Source: Gammaproteobacteria bacterium | Lineage (GTDB): Bacteria > Pseudomonadota > Gammaproteobacteria > JACCXJ01 | Length of the DNA: 64,000 nt | Reading direction: 5' to 3' | Assembly: GCA_050740455.1 (NCBI GenBank) | Contig: JBOIDF010000002.1 | Span: 35,642-99,641 of the forward strand | Part shown: positions 31,657 through 41,109 of the stretch, piece after piece | Layout of the letters: each line of letters begins with the position of its first letter | Position numbering within the stretch: the first letter of the stretch is position 1 | Translations under genes and position numbers: made by a program | Notes under the pieces: generated by a model | Told to the model about the DNA's origin: nothing | Database searches by the model: none | The model's input: only the letters and a program-made list of their open reading frames with translations

Positions 31657-32181
31657 ATGAAACACGCCCGTCTGACTCATCTGACGTCGGAAGAGTATCT
31701 GGCCTCCGAAAACGACAACCCCGCCAAGCACGAGTACGTCGCTGGACAACTCCATGCGATGGTTGGCGTACGGGATACGCATAATGCGATTGCCTTAAAT
31801 GTGGCCAGCCAGTTGCGTTCCACGCTCCGCGGCGGACCATGCCGGGTGTTCATGTCCGATGTCAAGGTGCGGGTCGAGGAGGCTGATGCCTTCTACTATC
31901 CGGATGTCTTCGTTACCTGCGATGCACGCGATACCGATCCGTATGTCAAGCGTTACCCGAGCCTGGTGATAGCGACCGAGGCGATCGACCGCCGGGAGAA
32001 GCTCTTGAATTACCGCAAGCTGCCCAGCCTGCATGAATACGTCCTAATCGGGAGTGCGCAGCGATGGATTGAGATCTACCGCTTGGAAGCGGATGGCAGT
32101 TGGACGGTGGCGACCCTGGAAGGCGATGAGGACCTCGAATTGAGTGCGCGACGCTGGACTCTCTGTCGAGCAATTCCGTAA
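31657..32181 (+). CDS. Uma2 family (DUF820) PD-(D/E)xK-like endonuclease
   Basis: 174 aa. N-terminus LTSEEYLASENDNPAKHEYVAGQLHAMVG and a D...E.K core (YPDVFVTCD...LVIATEAID) match the Uma2 family. Confidence 0.75.
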   Translation: MKHARLTHLTSEEYLASENDNPAKHEYVAGQLHAMVGVRDTHNAIALNVASQLRSTLRGGPCRVFMSDVKVRVEEADAFYYPDVFVTCDARDTDPYVKRYPSLVIATEAIDRREKLLNYRKLPSLHEYVLIGSAQRWIEIYRLEADGSWTVATLEGDEDLELSARRWTLCRAIP

Positions 32182-32187
32182 GTTGCT

Positions 32188-32949
32188 CTAGGCCCAGCCG
32201 CCCAAACCAGACGCTGCACCGGATTTAAGACATCTGCGCACCTGGCCGGTGAGCCGGCGGCTGACCGGCAAGCGCTTTTCTGTCCCGCGCAATTTAACCG
32301 CTAGGCCACCCACACCATCGCGCGCCAGGGCTTCGACTCGGGAGATCGCTACCAAAGCATTGCGGTGGATACGGAGGAACCGCTCGCCGAATTCGGCTTC
32401 CAGGGTTTTGAGCGGCTCCTCGATGACGAGCTCTCCTCCCGTCCAAACCACCGTGACGTACTTCTGATCCGCCTGGAAGTAAAGCACCTCATCCACAGGC
32501 ACAAGCCGCAGGCTGCCGCCTACCGGCGCGCTCAGATGGGTTCGAGCTCGAGTCGGAGCGCTCCGCTCCTTGAGGGTATCGAGCGCACCCCGGCTTAGTG
32601 CTTTGGCTCGCTGTAGCCCCTGTAAAAGCCGCTCCTTACGGATCGGTTTCAACAGGTAATCGACGGCGCTGGCCTCGAAAGCCTCAAGCGCGTAATCGCC
32701 AAAGGCCGTCGTAAAGACGACCGCCGGGGGATGCTCAGAGTGAGCCAGATGGTGCGCTGTCTCCAACCCGTCCATGCCAGGCATGCGGATATCGAGCAGC
32801 ACCAGTTGCGGCGCATGCGCCGCAACGGCGGTCAGGGCCTCGATCCCGTTGCCCGCTTCTCCGACGACTTCACCGATCCCAAGCTCGCGGATCAGTGCGG
32901 CGAGCCGCTCGCGCGCGAGCGGCTCATCATCTACGATGAGGATCCGCAT
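32188..32949 (-). CDS. algR: LytTR-family two-component response regulator AlgR
   Basis: REC domain (MRILIVDDEPLARERL...LLDIRMPGMDG) plus C-terminal LytTR DNA-binding domain. Adjacent to fimS and the minor-pilin operon, as in Pseudomonas. Confidence 0.8.
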   Translation of the reverse strand: MRILIVDDEPLARERLAALIRELGIGEVVGEAGNGIEALTAVAAHAPQLVLLDIRMPGMDGLETAHHLAHSEHPPAVVFTTAFGDYALEAFEASAVDYLLKPIRKERLLQGLQRAKALSRGALDTLKERSAPTRARTHLSAPVGGSLRLVPVDEVLYFQADQKYVTVVWTGGELVIEEPLKTLEAEFGERFLRIHRNALVAISRVEALARDGVGGLAVKLRGTEKRLPVSRRLTGQVRRCLKSGAASGLGGWA

Positions 32950-34006
32950 CTTCGGCGCCTTCATAAGGGAAAGATAATGTCGCCCGGTAGTGATCGCCCA
33001 AGTCCTCCACGGTCAGCCCACCCGACCCGCCGTAAAAAGCCTGCAGTCGTTGCCCCACGTTTTCCTGGGCGAAGCCATGGCTTGCGCGCGAGGATCGCCT
33101 GCCATCCGCGGGTTTCTGATTTTCGATCACGACCGTGAGCCGGTATCCTTCGCGCTGCCCCCTAATCCGTAGCACCCCACCTCGGGGCAAGGGCTCGATC
33201 CCGTGGTAGATCGCGTTCTCGATAAGCGGCTGAATCGACAACACCGGTACCAGGGCGTCCGCCGGTAACTCATCGACCTGCCAAGCGATCGCCAAGCGAT
33301 CTTGCAGGCGTAAGGCTTCTATCCGTAAATACTGCCGGCAGAGATCAAGCTCCCCACCGAGCGTGACCCGATCACGGGCCGGCAGGAGGCTCGCTCGAAA
33401 CAGATCCGCTAAGTCCTCGACAGCTTCCTCGGCCAGCTTTGGATGGCTGCGGGTCAGACTGGCGATAGTGTTCATGCAGTTGAAGAAAAAATGCGGCCGC
33501 ATGCGTGCCTGCAAGGCTTGGAGGCGGGCCTCGGACTCCGATTCGATGCGCCGTTCCCAGTGATGGTGGACATACATATAACGCAGTGCGATGGCGATCA
33601 CGATCGCCGCAATCGCCAGATTGCGCGCTAAAAATCCTCCCCTGGAAGCCGCACCGAGGGGCATCGGGTCGCTTAAATAATCCAGGGTCCACCACGCCAG
33701 CTCGCTCAATAGCCAGGTAATCGCGAGCATCGATAAATAAGCGACCATTGCCACGCTGGCCTCGCTGAAGCGGGCGTAAAACGTTCGGCTCGCGCACAGA
33801 ACCGCGGCGCAGCAAAGAGTAACCCATTGAATGAACAGCGACTTGAGGGCCAGATCGTCGAAGCTTGCGTTTACATCCGTGGCCGTCGATAGGGTCAGCA
33901 CGATGGCCAATAGCTCGGTCATCAAGACCAGCACGAACACCGGCCGGGCGGTGCAGAAGTTGGGTATGAACAGGCGATCAGTGGCGCGCGCGACAGGCAA
34001 TGTCAT
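32927..34006 (-). CDS. fimS: LytS-type sensor histidine kinase FimS/AlgZ
   Basis: About 359 aa from MTLPVARA. N-terminal multi-TM region and a His_kinase (LytS/YehU-type) H-box (RPHFFFNCMNTIASL). 3' end overlaps the algR start by about 23 bp. Confidence 0.75.
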   Translation of the reverse strand: MTLPVARATDRLFIPNFCTARPVFVLVLMTELLAIVLTLSTATDVNASFDDLALKSLFIQWVTLCCAAVLCASRTFYARFSEASVAMVAYLSMLAITWLLSELAWWTLDYLSDPMPLGAASRGGFLARNLAIAAIVIAIALRYMYVHHHWERRIESESEARLQALQARMRPHFFFNCMNTIASLTRSHPKLAEEAVEDLADLFRASLLPARDRVTLGGELDLCRQYLRIEALRLQDRLAIAWQVDELPADALVPVLSIQPLIENAIYHGIEPLPRGGVLRIRGQREGYRLTVVIENQKPADGRRSSRASHGFAQENVGQRLQAFYGGSGGLTVEDLGDHYRATLSFPYEGAEDADPHRR

Positions 34007-34178
34007 GACCCTAGCGCGCGTTTTAAGCTTCCCAAGCCGGGACCTCGCTATGGTGCTCTCTCGTGCCCAATTGTAGCGGCGGCAGGCCGAGAAGGATCGG
34101 CCCCGCTGTATCTTCATCATCGCCGGAGGTATCGGCCCTGGCATCCAGAACTCGAAGATCAGGGTTCCGCTCGGCCGA

Positions 34179-34307
34179 AGTCAATTTAGATTTCGCCCCA
34201 CGGGGTATGCAACCCCGTGGGGCGACCAAAGGGGAGAGCTGCGCCTCTCCCCTTTGGAAACCCCATCGCCAAGGTCCCCGCGGCAAGACCGCGGGGAATA
34301 GATTTTA
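34179..34307 (+). repeat. Copy 1 of a roughly 130-bp GC-rich triple-hairpin repeat element (REP/MITE-like or small RNA)
   Basis: Near-identical to 57167..57296. Contains three consecutive palindromes: CCCCACGGGGT-loop-ACCCCGTGGGG, GGGGAGAG-CTGCGC-CTCTCCCC and CCCCGCGG-CAAGA-CCGCGGGG. Lies in the fimS/fimU divergent intergenic region. Confidence 0.8.
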
Positions 34308-34430
34308 GCCGCTCGTCGGATAAATCTTCGCGTTGGTCTCCTTTCCGCTCAAGAAAGAAGCCCGCCTGAACGCTACGACGGGCCATCGAGAGCAATGCAT
34401 ATGCACAACACATCAAGCAAGAGGGAAGGC

Positions 34431-34985
34431 ATGCTAGCACACAGATACAAGCAAGGTTTCACCTTGGTGGAGATGATCATAACCGTGGCCATCGCCGCCA
34501 TCGTTTTAGTTATGGGGGTGCCGGGGTTTCAGCAATTGATTCGTGCCAATCGGACCGTGACGGAGGTGAACCGCTTGGTCACGGCCCTCAGCCTGGCCCG
34601 CAGCGAGGCGGTCAAGCGCAATGCTACCGTCCACATGTGCCCGGCGAGTGGCAGCAATTGCTCGCCCGGGGGCAACTGGGAGAACGGCTGGGTGGTATTT
34701 ATGGACAACGTCACCCAGAACGGAACGACAGACGCAGGCGAGCAAATTCAGGTCTACGAGCGGATGCCCCAAGGCTACACGCTGCGCGCGGAGGGTACTA
34801 ACTTTGCCGACTGGATCGCCTTCCAGCCGAGCGGCCAGCCGCTGGGCAGCGGCAGCGGCGGGTTGCCGGCCGCCGCTAATTTCCGGGTCTGCGACGATAC
34901 CCAGGCGGCTGCCGAGCGCCGTTTGATCCAAGTGAATGTCGTCGGGCGGGCAAATGCGTCCAAGAGCAACGGAGCATGCACATGA
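34431..34985 (+). CDS. fimU: Type IV pilus minor pilin FimU/FimT (GspH-like)
   Basis: Type IV prepilin N-terminus (KQGFTLVEMIITVAIAAIVLVMGVP). GspH-like domain. Confidence 0.8.
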   Translation: MLAHRYKQGFTLVEMIITVAIAAIVLVMGVPGFQQLIRANRTVTEVNRLVTALSLARSEAVKRNATVHMCPASGSNCSPGGNWENGWVVFMDNVTQNGTTDAGEQIQVYERMPQGYTLRAEGTNFADWIAFQPSGQPLGSGSGGLPAAANFRVCDDTQAAAERRLIQVNVVGRANASKSNGACT

Positions 34986-35464
34986 AGAACATTTCTAAAC
35001 CTGTTCGGATTTCGGACCGCCAGCGAGGCTTCACGCTCCTCGAGGTTCTCATCGCCCTGATGCTTCTGGCCGTGGGGCTTCTGGGCTTGGCGGGTCTCCA
35101 GGCAGTCAGTCTACGCAACAACCATAGCGCCTATCTGCGCAGCCAGGCGACGATGCTCACTTACGACATCATCGACGGCATGCGCTCCAACCGCAGCGCC
35201 GCGCAGGCGGCGAGCTATGACATCGCCATCGGGACCCCGGCGTCTGCATCGCCGCCGGATTGTATGGCTATTGTATGCACCGGGTCGGACATGGCGACCG
35301 CCGAGATCGCCGACTGGAAACAGAGTCTCGGTAGCCTGCTACCCTCGGGCGACGGCGCGGTGGCCCGTGCGGGTAACGTCGTGACCGTAACCGTTCAGTG
35401 GATAGATGGCCGCGGCCCCGTCGATGCCGTCCCCAAGCAATTCGCAACGAGTACAGAGCTATGA
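34976..35464 (+). CDS. pilV: Type IV pilus minor pilin PilV
   Basis: Prepilin-like RQRGFTLLEVLIALMLLAVGLLGLAGLQ. Position in the operon. Confidence 0.8.
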   Translation: MHMKNISKPVRISDRQRGFTLLEVLIALMLLAVGLLGLAGLQAVSLRNNHSAYLRSQATMLTYDIIDGMRSNRSAAQAASYDIAIGTPASASPPDCMAIVCTGSDMATAEIADWKQSLGSLLPSGDGAVARAGNVVTVTVQWIDGRGPVDAVPKQFATSTEL

Positions 35465-36501
35465 ACACGCGTACAAGATATCGTTTTCACCGGCAAGCGG
35501 GTGTTGGCCTCGTAGAGATCATGGTCGCCGTCACCTTGAGTCTGATCCTGACGGCCGGGTTGGTCCATGTTTACACCGGCAATAAGCAGACCTATCGCAT
35601 CCAGGAGGCCCTGTCGCGGGTGCAGGAGAATGGCCGCTTCGCCCTGGATTTCATTACTCGTGACCTGCGCAATGCCGGCTTTCTCGGCTGTGCCGGGACC
35701 ACCACGAAGATCACCAATACGCTGAATAATGCGAGCAACTACAATTGGAGCTTTGGTCAGATCATCGAGGGTTTTGAGGCGACCAGTTCGAGTGGCTGGG
35801 ATCGGGATCCTGTGACCACCGCCGGAATCGTCAGCCCCTTCTTACCCGCACGGGATGTGCTCACCATACGGCGCTCTCTCGGCAATCCGGTCGAGGTCGC
35901 GGCGCACCCGGGCGGTAACCCTCCGGGATCCGCCGATATACAAGTCGATCCGCCCCACGGGCTCGAGCAATTCGATGTGGTGATGGTGACTGACTGTACC
36001 GATGCCGCCATCTTCCAGATCACCAACATCAACACGGGCGGCGCGAGCCAGAACATCGTTCACAACACGGGTGGTTCTTCACCGGGCAATGCCACCCAAG
36101 CGCTCGGCAAGGATTACACCGGGGCAGGCGAGATCGTGCAGCTCATGACCAGCACCTATTACATCGGGACCGGGGTCTCGGGCCGGCCGGCGCTGTTTCG
36201 CAAGGATGGCGCGGCGGCGGCGCAGGAGCTGATCGAAGGGGTAGAGGACCTGCAGGTCCTCTACGGCATCGATACCGATAGCAATCGCACGCCGAATCGC
36301 TATGTGACGGCCGACAATGTGACGGATTGGGGCGACGTGGTCAGCGCGGAGGTGAGGCTGCTACTCCAGACGCTCGACGATAATCTTGCCTCTCAGGCCA
36401 ACCAGCAGTACACCTTTAACGGCCTGCCCTTCGTGTCGCCCGACCGGCGTTTGCGCAGGACCTTTACCAACACCATCAGCATCAGGAATCGGACCTTATG
36501 A
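35461..36501 (+). CDS. pilW: Type IV pilus minor pilin PilW
   Basis: QAGVGLVEIMVAVTLSLIL prepilin N-terminus. ATGA overlap with the pilV stop. About 346 aa. Confidence 0.8.
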   Translation: MNTRTRYRFHRQAGVGLVEIMVAVTLSLILTAGLVHVYTGNKQTYRIQEALSRVQENGRFALDFITRDLRNAGFLGCAGTTTKITNTLNNASNYNWSFGQIIEGFEATSSSGWDRDPVTTAGIVSPFLPARDVLTIRRSLGNPVEVAAHPGGNPPGSADIQVDPPHGLEQFDVVMVTDCTDAAIFQITNINTGGASQNIVHNTGGSSPGNATQALGKDYTGAGEIVQLMTSTYYIGTGVSGRPALFRKDGAAAAQELIEGVEDLQVLYGIDTDSNRTPNRYVTADNVTDWGDVVSAEVRLLLQTLDDNLASQANQQYTFNGLPFVSPDRRLRRTFTNTISIRNRTL

Positions 36502-37040
36502 AAATGTATCTACGGAACAGACAAAAGGGTGCGGCGATCTTCATCGCGCTCATCATGCTCTTGGTCATGACCATCATTGGGATCACGGCCTCGCAGACGA
36601 CCACGCTCGAAGAGAAAATGGCCGGGAATCTACGCGACCAGACACTCGCCTTACAAGCAGGCGAAGCGGTTCTGCGCTGGACGGAGACCTGGGTCGGGCA
36701 GCAAGTGAGTGAACCCACGTCGGTGGCAGCCTGTGGCTCGGGCTGTGACGATACGGTGTGGGTATTGAACAAGATCACGCCCGACCTGACCAGCGCGGCG
36801 CTGTGGTCCACCGCAAGCGTGCGTAGCAACTATACCGGGTTGCCGATCACCGGGCCCGGCAAGGTCGCGGCTCAGCCGAAGTCCGTGGTCGAAGAGCACA
36901 GTTTTATCAAAGACAGCCTGAACCAGGGCAAGCAGAATGATATTTCGGGCCAGATGTTCTACCGCCTCACCGCCAATGGCACCGGGGGCACCACGAGCGC
37001 CCAAGCCCTGCTGCAAAGCACCTATTCTCGCCGCTACTAG
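36498..37040 (+). CDS. pilX: Type IV pilus minor pilin PilX
   Basis: QKGAAIFIALIMLLVMTIIGI N-terminal hydrophobic segment. 180 aa. Position in the operon. Confidence 0.75.
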   Translation: MKMYLRNRQKGAAIFIALIMLLVMTIIGITASQTTTLEEKMAGNLRDQTLALQAGEAVLRWTETWVGQQVSEPTSVAACGSGCDDTVWVLNKITPDLTSAALWSTASVRSNYTGLPITGPGKVAAQPKSVVEEHSFIKDSLNQGKQNDISGQMFYRLTANGTGGTTSAQALLQSTYSRRY

Positions 37041-37116
37041 CGCGCCTAGAGCATCGAGTTGCAAAGCGCACTGGTATCTATAGGAAACCCATCATAGGAA
37101 CCGTCAAGTTTAGGAG

Positions 37117-40100
37117 ATGCCCATGAAATCGCTACGGAAAGTTCTACACACTATCGTTGTCGCTATCGCCGTTGTTTTTACGGGATTGAGCGATGTGACC
37201 CGGGCCGCCGATTTGAGCATAAGCAATGTACCGCTCTTTCTGGGCGGCAATGCGGCGCCCAACATCATGTTCACACTGGATGACTCCGGATCGATGCAGT
37301 TCGAGGTGCTGCCGGATGAATTGATCTACAAGGACATTCGATATGTCTTCCCGATCGGAAAGACGATCTATGGAGGCGGCAGCACCGACTATTATCGGGC
37401 GGGCGGAAGCACCGATATCGGTAAGAACTGCGGCTCCGGTACGGATTTTCATGCGGTCTGCGTTCCTGGATATGAAGATAACAACCTTTACAACTACAAG
37501 TACCGCTCGGTAAGGAACAACAAGTCCTATTACAACCCGGATGTGACCTACACGCCCTGGTCCCAACCGGATGGAACGACACTCTATCCCCCCGCGGACC
37601 CAGGCTGTGCATACCAAAATCCGTTCGATACCGCCGTCGGTTGCCGAGTTCTGACAGCCCTCAATGACGGAGCCACGAATACCGACAAAGACAGCTACGC
37701 TAAATGGCTGCGCAGAACGACCGCAGCTGTCCCCACGTACGAATGGAAGATCCAAAATTACGTGAATGCCCAGACGGGAACGGCGGGGTTCTGGCCGGCG
37801 ACCTATTTCAACTTTGATATTACCAACCTTAGTTGTGACCTCACCGTCGACGATCGCGATTGCTACGACAAGGTCGAGGTCAAGTACACTATCACGAGCT
37901 ATACGAGCCCGGGAGGTGTCGCCCGTAATTACAGCCAGGAGATGCAGAACTTCGCCAACTGGTACACCTACTATCGTTCGAGGGTCCTGCTCGCGCGGGC
38001 CGGCGCGGGCCGCGCGTTCGCCAGTCAATCAGGCGGCATGCGGGTCGGCTTCGCGGCTATCAACAAGGCGCCTGCAACCGTCGACGGCGCCACTTCCCCA
38101 GGCGCCCTGATCCGGGGTGTGCGGAGTTTTTCTGGAACCGATCGCACCAATTTCTTCAACGATCTTTATGGCCACGCGATCCCCACATCGGGCACGCCCT
38201 TGCGTCGCGCCCTGGACGATGTGGGCCAATACTTCAGCCGCACCGACAACAAAGGCCCCTGGGGTGCGTTTCCGGGCACCGGTGGCGGCACCGAGCTCGC
38301 CTGCCGCCAAAGCTATAACATCTTGATGACCGACGGTTACTGGAACGATGCCGCGGCGCCTACGCTCGGCGCGCAGGGAAACGTGGACAATACCGCCGGC
38401 CTTACCATCACCAACAACAGCAATCCGCCCGAACCGCCGAGCTATCAATATTCCCCTGTCGGTCCCTACAAGGACTCATGGGGCGATCCAAATCCCACTG
38501 ACGGTACACTTGCGGATGTGGCCATGTACTACTGGAACCACGATCTGAGGACTTTGCCGAACAAGGTACCCACCAACCCGGCGGATCCGGCTTTCTGGCA
38601 GCACATGGTGACTTTCACCGTCGGGCTCGGGTTGTCCGGTACATTGGATCCGGCGACTGATCTTCCGGCGTTGACGGCCGGAACCAAGACCTGGCCATTG
38701 CCTTGGAACAGCAATCCGCAAGGTATGGACCCACTTCCGCCAGCTAGTTGGCAAGAAGCATATAACCTCGACGACCTCTGGCACGCGGCAGTCAACGGCC
38801 GGGGGGAGTTCTTCAGCGCCTCGAATCCCGACGAGTTTGCCCAAGGCCTCTCTGCGTCACTCGCTAATATTTCAGGCCGATCGGGTGCCGCCTCGTCGAT
38901 CGCGCTGAATTCTACCTCTCTACGTGCCGGCAGCAGCGTCTATCAGGCGAAATTTAACAGCGCCGACTGGAGCGGGCAACTCCTGTCGATACCCATCCTA
39001 TCCGACGGCACGCTCGGCACTGCAGATTGGGATGCCGCCGATAAGCTGCCGGCCGCTAGCGCGCGCAAGATCGTGACCTTCAAGCCGTCGGCGCGTACGG
39101 GCGCACCGTTTAGCTGGACAGGCCTCGAAGCGTCGCAGCAAATTGAGCTTGAAAAGAATCCAGCGACGCTCCTCGCCGACGGGCTCGGCAGCCAACGCCT
39201 CGATTACCTGCGCGGCAAGGACGTGGCCGGAATGCGTCTCCGGTCGAAGAAGCTCGGCGATATCGTGCACTCTTCGCCGGCCTTCGTCGGTGCCCCGATC
39301 TTCCGCTATCCGGACACCTGGGCAAGCGGGGCGCCCGAGAACGGCGCTGCCGCTCCGTATTCTATGTTCAAATCCAGCAATAGTACTCGCAAGCCACTTG
39401 TTTATGCGGGGGCCAACGACGGCATGCTGCATGCCTTCGATGCTGATACCGGTCCAACGGCCGGGGAGGAAGTCTTTGCCTATGTTCCCGCGGCGGTCTA
39501 CAAGAACCTGAACCGGCTTACCAGCCTTACCTACGCGCATCGCTTCTTTGTGGACGGCGCGCCCACCATGGGCGATGCCTTCTTCGACGGGAGCTGGCAC
39601 ACGGTGCTGGTCGGGGGCTTACGCGCGGGCGGGCAGGCGATTTACGCCCTGGACATCACCGATCCGCCTGGTTCCTCGGACGCCGAGACCGACATCGCGG
39701 CCAAGGTGCTCTGGGAGTTCAACGACGTCGAGGGCCTACTAGCCAGCGATCCTGATTATGGCGACAAGGACCTCGGCGATACCTTCAGCGAGCCGAACAT
39801 CGTGCGCCTGCATAACGGTCAGTGGGCCGCCGTATTCGGCAACGGTTACAACAACACTAAGAGCGATGGTCTCCTGACGACGAGCACGACCGGCAACGCG
39901 GTCCTCTATATCGTCGATATTGCGACCGGCGAGCTCATCAAGAAGATCGATACCGGCGTCGGCAAAGCCCAAGACCCGAAAAATACTACGGCAGCCAACC
40001 AACTCCCCAACGGGCTCGCCACCCCGGCCCCTATCGATACCAACGGCGACTCCATCGTCGACTACATCTACGCGGGGGATCTCTTTGGCAACCTCTGGAA

Positions 40101-41037
40101 GTTCGACGTGAGTAGCTCTAACGAGAACTCGTGGCAGGTGCTCGGTCCCTCGGGCGGGCCGCTCTTCGTTGCCTGCGCCGGGACGGGTACCCAATGTACG
40201 ACGGCAGGAGCTAGCAACCTGCGCCAGCCGATCACGACCCGCCCTCAGGTGGGCCGCCATCCGACCAAGGCGAACGGCTTCATGGTGTACTTCGGCACCG
40301 GTAAATACATCGAGGGCCCGGATATTGATGCGAAGCCGACGGGCCAGACCACCCAGACCTTCTACGGCATCTGGGATGAGAATCTGAGCAGTCTGACGGC
40401 CTTCGATCGCACTAAGCTTCTCGAGCAGAAGATCGTCAAGGAGATCTCGCAAGGTTTCGACACCAGCACACCTCCTGACGGCACTGATGATGACTTCTTC
40501 GATCTGCGCGTCACCACCGATAATCCGATCGATTGGGACACCCCGCCGTCGTCCCCGCATAGGGGCTGGTACATGGATCTAATTAACACGGGAGAATCGC
40601 CCCTCGACAACGAAGGTGAGCGGCAGGTGACCGATTCTATCCTGAGAGATGGCCGGATCATCTTCACCACGCTCATCCCCTCCGCCGATCCCTGCGATTT
40701 CGGCGGCACCGGTTGGCTCATGGAGATCGATGCTAAGGACGGAAGCCGGCTGGAGTTTTCGCCCTTCGACTTGAATGCCGACGGTGAATTCGATGGCGAA
40801 GACCACGTGGATATCGATGGTGACGGGACCCCGGATCCGGTGCCCCCGGGCGGCAAGCAGTCCAAGGTCGGGATCCCCCCGACGCCCGGCGTGGTATCTG
40901 ACAGCAGCGATCCGAACAAGCCACCGAAGGAGCTGAAGATTACGAGCGGCTCCACGGGGAAGATCGAGGTTACCACCGAGAACCCCGGTTCCGGCAACGT
41001 CGGCCGCCGATCCTGGCGGGAACTGAACTTACAATAG
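37117..41037 (+). CDS. pilY1: Type IV pilus tip-associated adhesin PilY1
   Basis: 1306 aa. Signal peptide, an N-terminal vWA-like region and a C-terminal PilY1 beta-propeller region with a Ca-binding-like D-x-D-x-D motif (DTNGDSIVDY). Confidence 0.85.
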   Translation: MPMKSLRKVLHTIVVAIAVVFTGLSDVTRAADLSISNVPLFLGGNAAPNIMFTLDDSGSMQFEVLPDELIYKDIRYVFPIGKTIYGGGSTDYYRAGGSTDIGKNCGSGTDFHAVCVPGYEDNNLYNYKYRSVRNNKSYYNPDVTYTPWSQPDGTTLYPPADPGCAYQNPFDTAVGCRVLTALNDGATNTDKDSYAKWLRRTTAAVPTYEWKIQNYVNAQTGTAGFWPATYFNFDITNLSCDLTVDDRDCYDKVEVKYTITSYTSPGGVARNYSQEMQNFANWYTYYRSRVLLARAGAGRAFASQSGGMRVGFAAINKAPATVDGATSPGALIRGVRSFSGTDRTNFFNDLYGHAIPTSGTPLRRALDDVGQYFSRTDNKGPWGAFPGTGGGTELACRQSYNILMTDGYWNDAAAPTLGAQGNVDNTAGLTITNNSNPPEPPSYQYSPVGPYKDSWGDPNPTDGTLADVAMYYWNHDLRTLPNKVPTNPADPAFWQHMVTFTVGLGLSGTLDPATDLPALTAGTKTWPLPWNSNPQGMDPLPPASWQEAYNLDDLWHAAVNGRGEFFSASNPDEFAQGLSASLANISGRSGAASSIALNSTSLRAGSSVYQAKFNSADWSGQLLSIPILSDGTLGTADWDAADKLPAASARKIVTFKPSARTGAPFSWTGLEASQQIELEKNPATLLADGLGSQRLDYLRGKDVAGMRLRSKKLGDIVHSSPAFVGAPIFRYPDTWASGAPENGAAAPYSMFKSSNSTRKPLVYAGANDGMLHAFDADTGPTAGEEVFAYVPAAVYKNLNRLTSLTYAHRFFVDGAPTMGDAFFDGSWHTVLVGGLRAGGQAIYALDITDPPGSSDAETDIAAKVLWEFNDVEGLLASDPDYGDKDLGDTFSEPNIVRLHNGQWAAVFGNGYNNTKSDGLLTTSTTGNAVLYIVDIATGELIKKIDTGVGKAQDPKNTTAANQLPNGLATPAPIDTNGDSIVDYIYAGDLFGNLWKFDVSSSNENSWQVLGPSGGPLFVACAGTGTQCTTAGASNLRQPITTRPQVGRHPTKANGFMVYFGTGKYIEGPDIDAKPTGQTTQTFYGIWDENLSSLTAFDRTKLLEQKIVKEISQGFDTSTPPDGTDDDFFDLRVTTDNPIDWDTPPSSPHRGWYMDLINTGESPLDNEGERQVTDSILRDGRIIFTTLIPSADPCDFGGTGWLMEIDAKDGSRLEFSPFDLNADGEFDGEDHVDIDGDGTPDPVPPGGKQSKVGIPPTPGVVSDSSDPNKPPKELKITSGSTGKIEVTTENPGSGNVGRRSWRELNLQ

Positions 41038-41109
41038 TGTCCCTGAGGAAGCGGGCGGTCTTCGGACCGCCCGCTTTCTTTCCAAAGTCAATCCTTGAGA
41101 GGTTTATCC

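Noticed and set aside
27312-31840. Long antisense ORFs (383 aa, 261 aa, 384 aa) inside fdhB and fdhA
   Set aside because: The sense strand encodes unmistakable NuoF/NuoG-like FDH subunits with intact Fe-S cysteine motifs. The antisense ORFs are GC-driven.
32927-32964. ORF-track algR start at 32964 (MKAPKMRILIV)
   Set aside because: Conserved response-regulator N-terminus begins at the second Met (MRILIVDDEP), so start placed at 32949. Either way the gene overlaps fimS.
37144-40997. Multiple antisense or alternate-frame ORFs (294, 200, 273, 211 aa) inside pilY1
   Set aside because: pilY1 reading frame is continuous with signal peptide and conserved C-terminal region. The others are artefacts.
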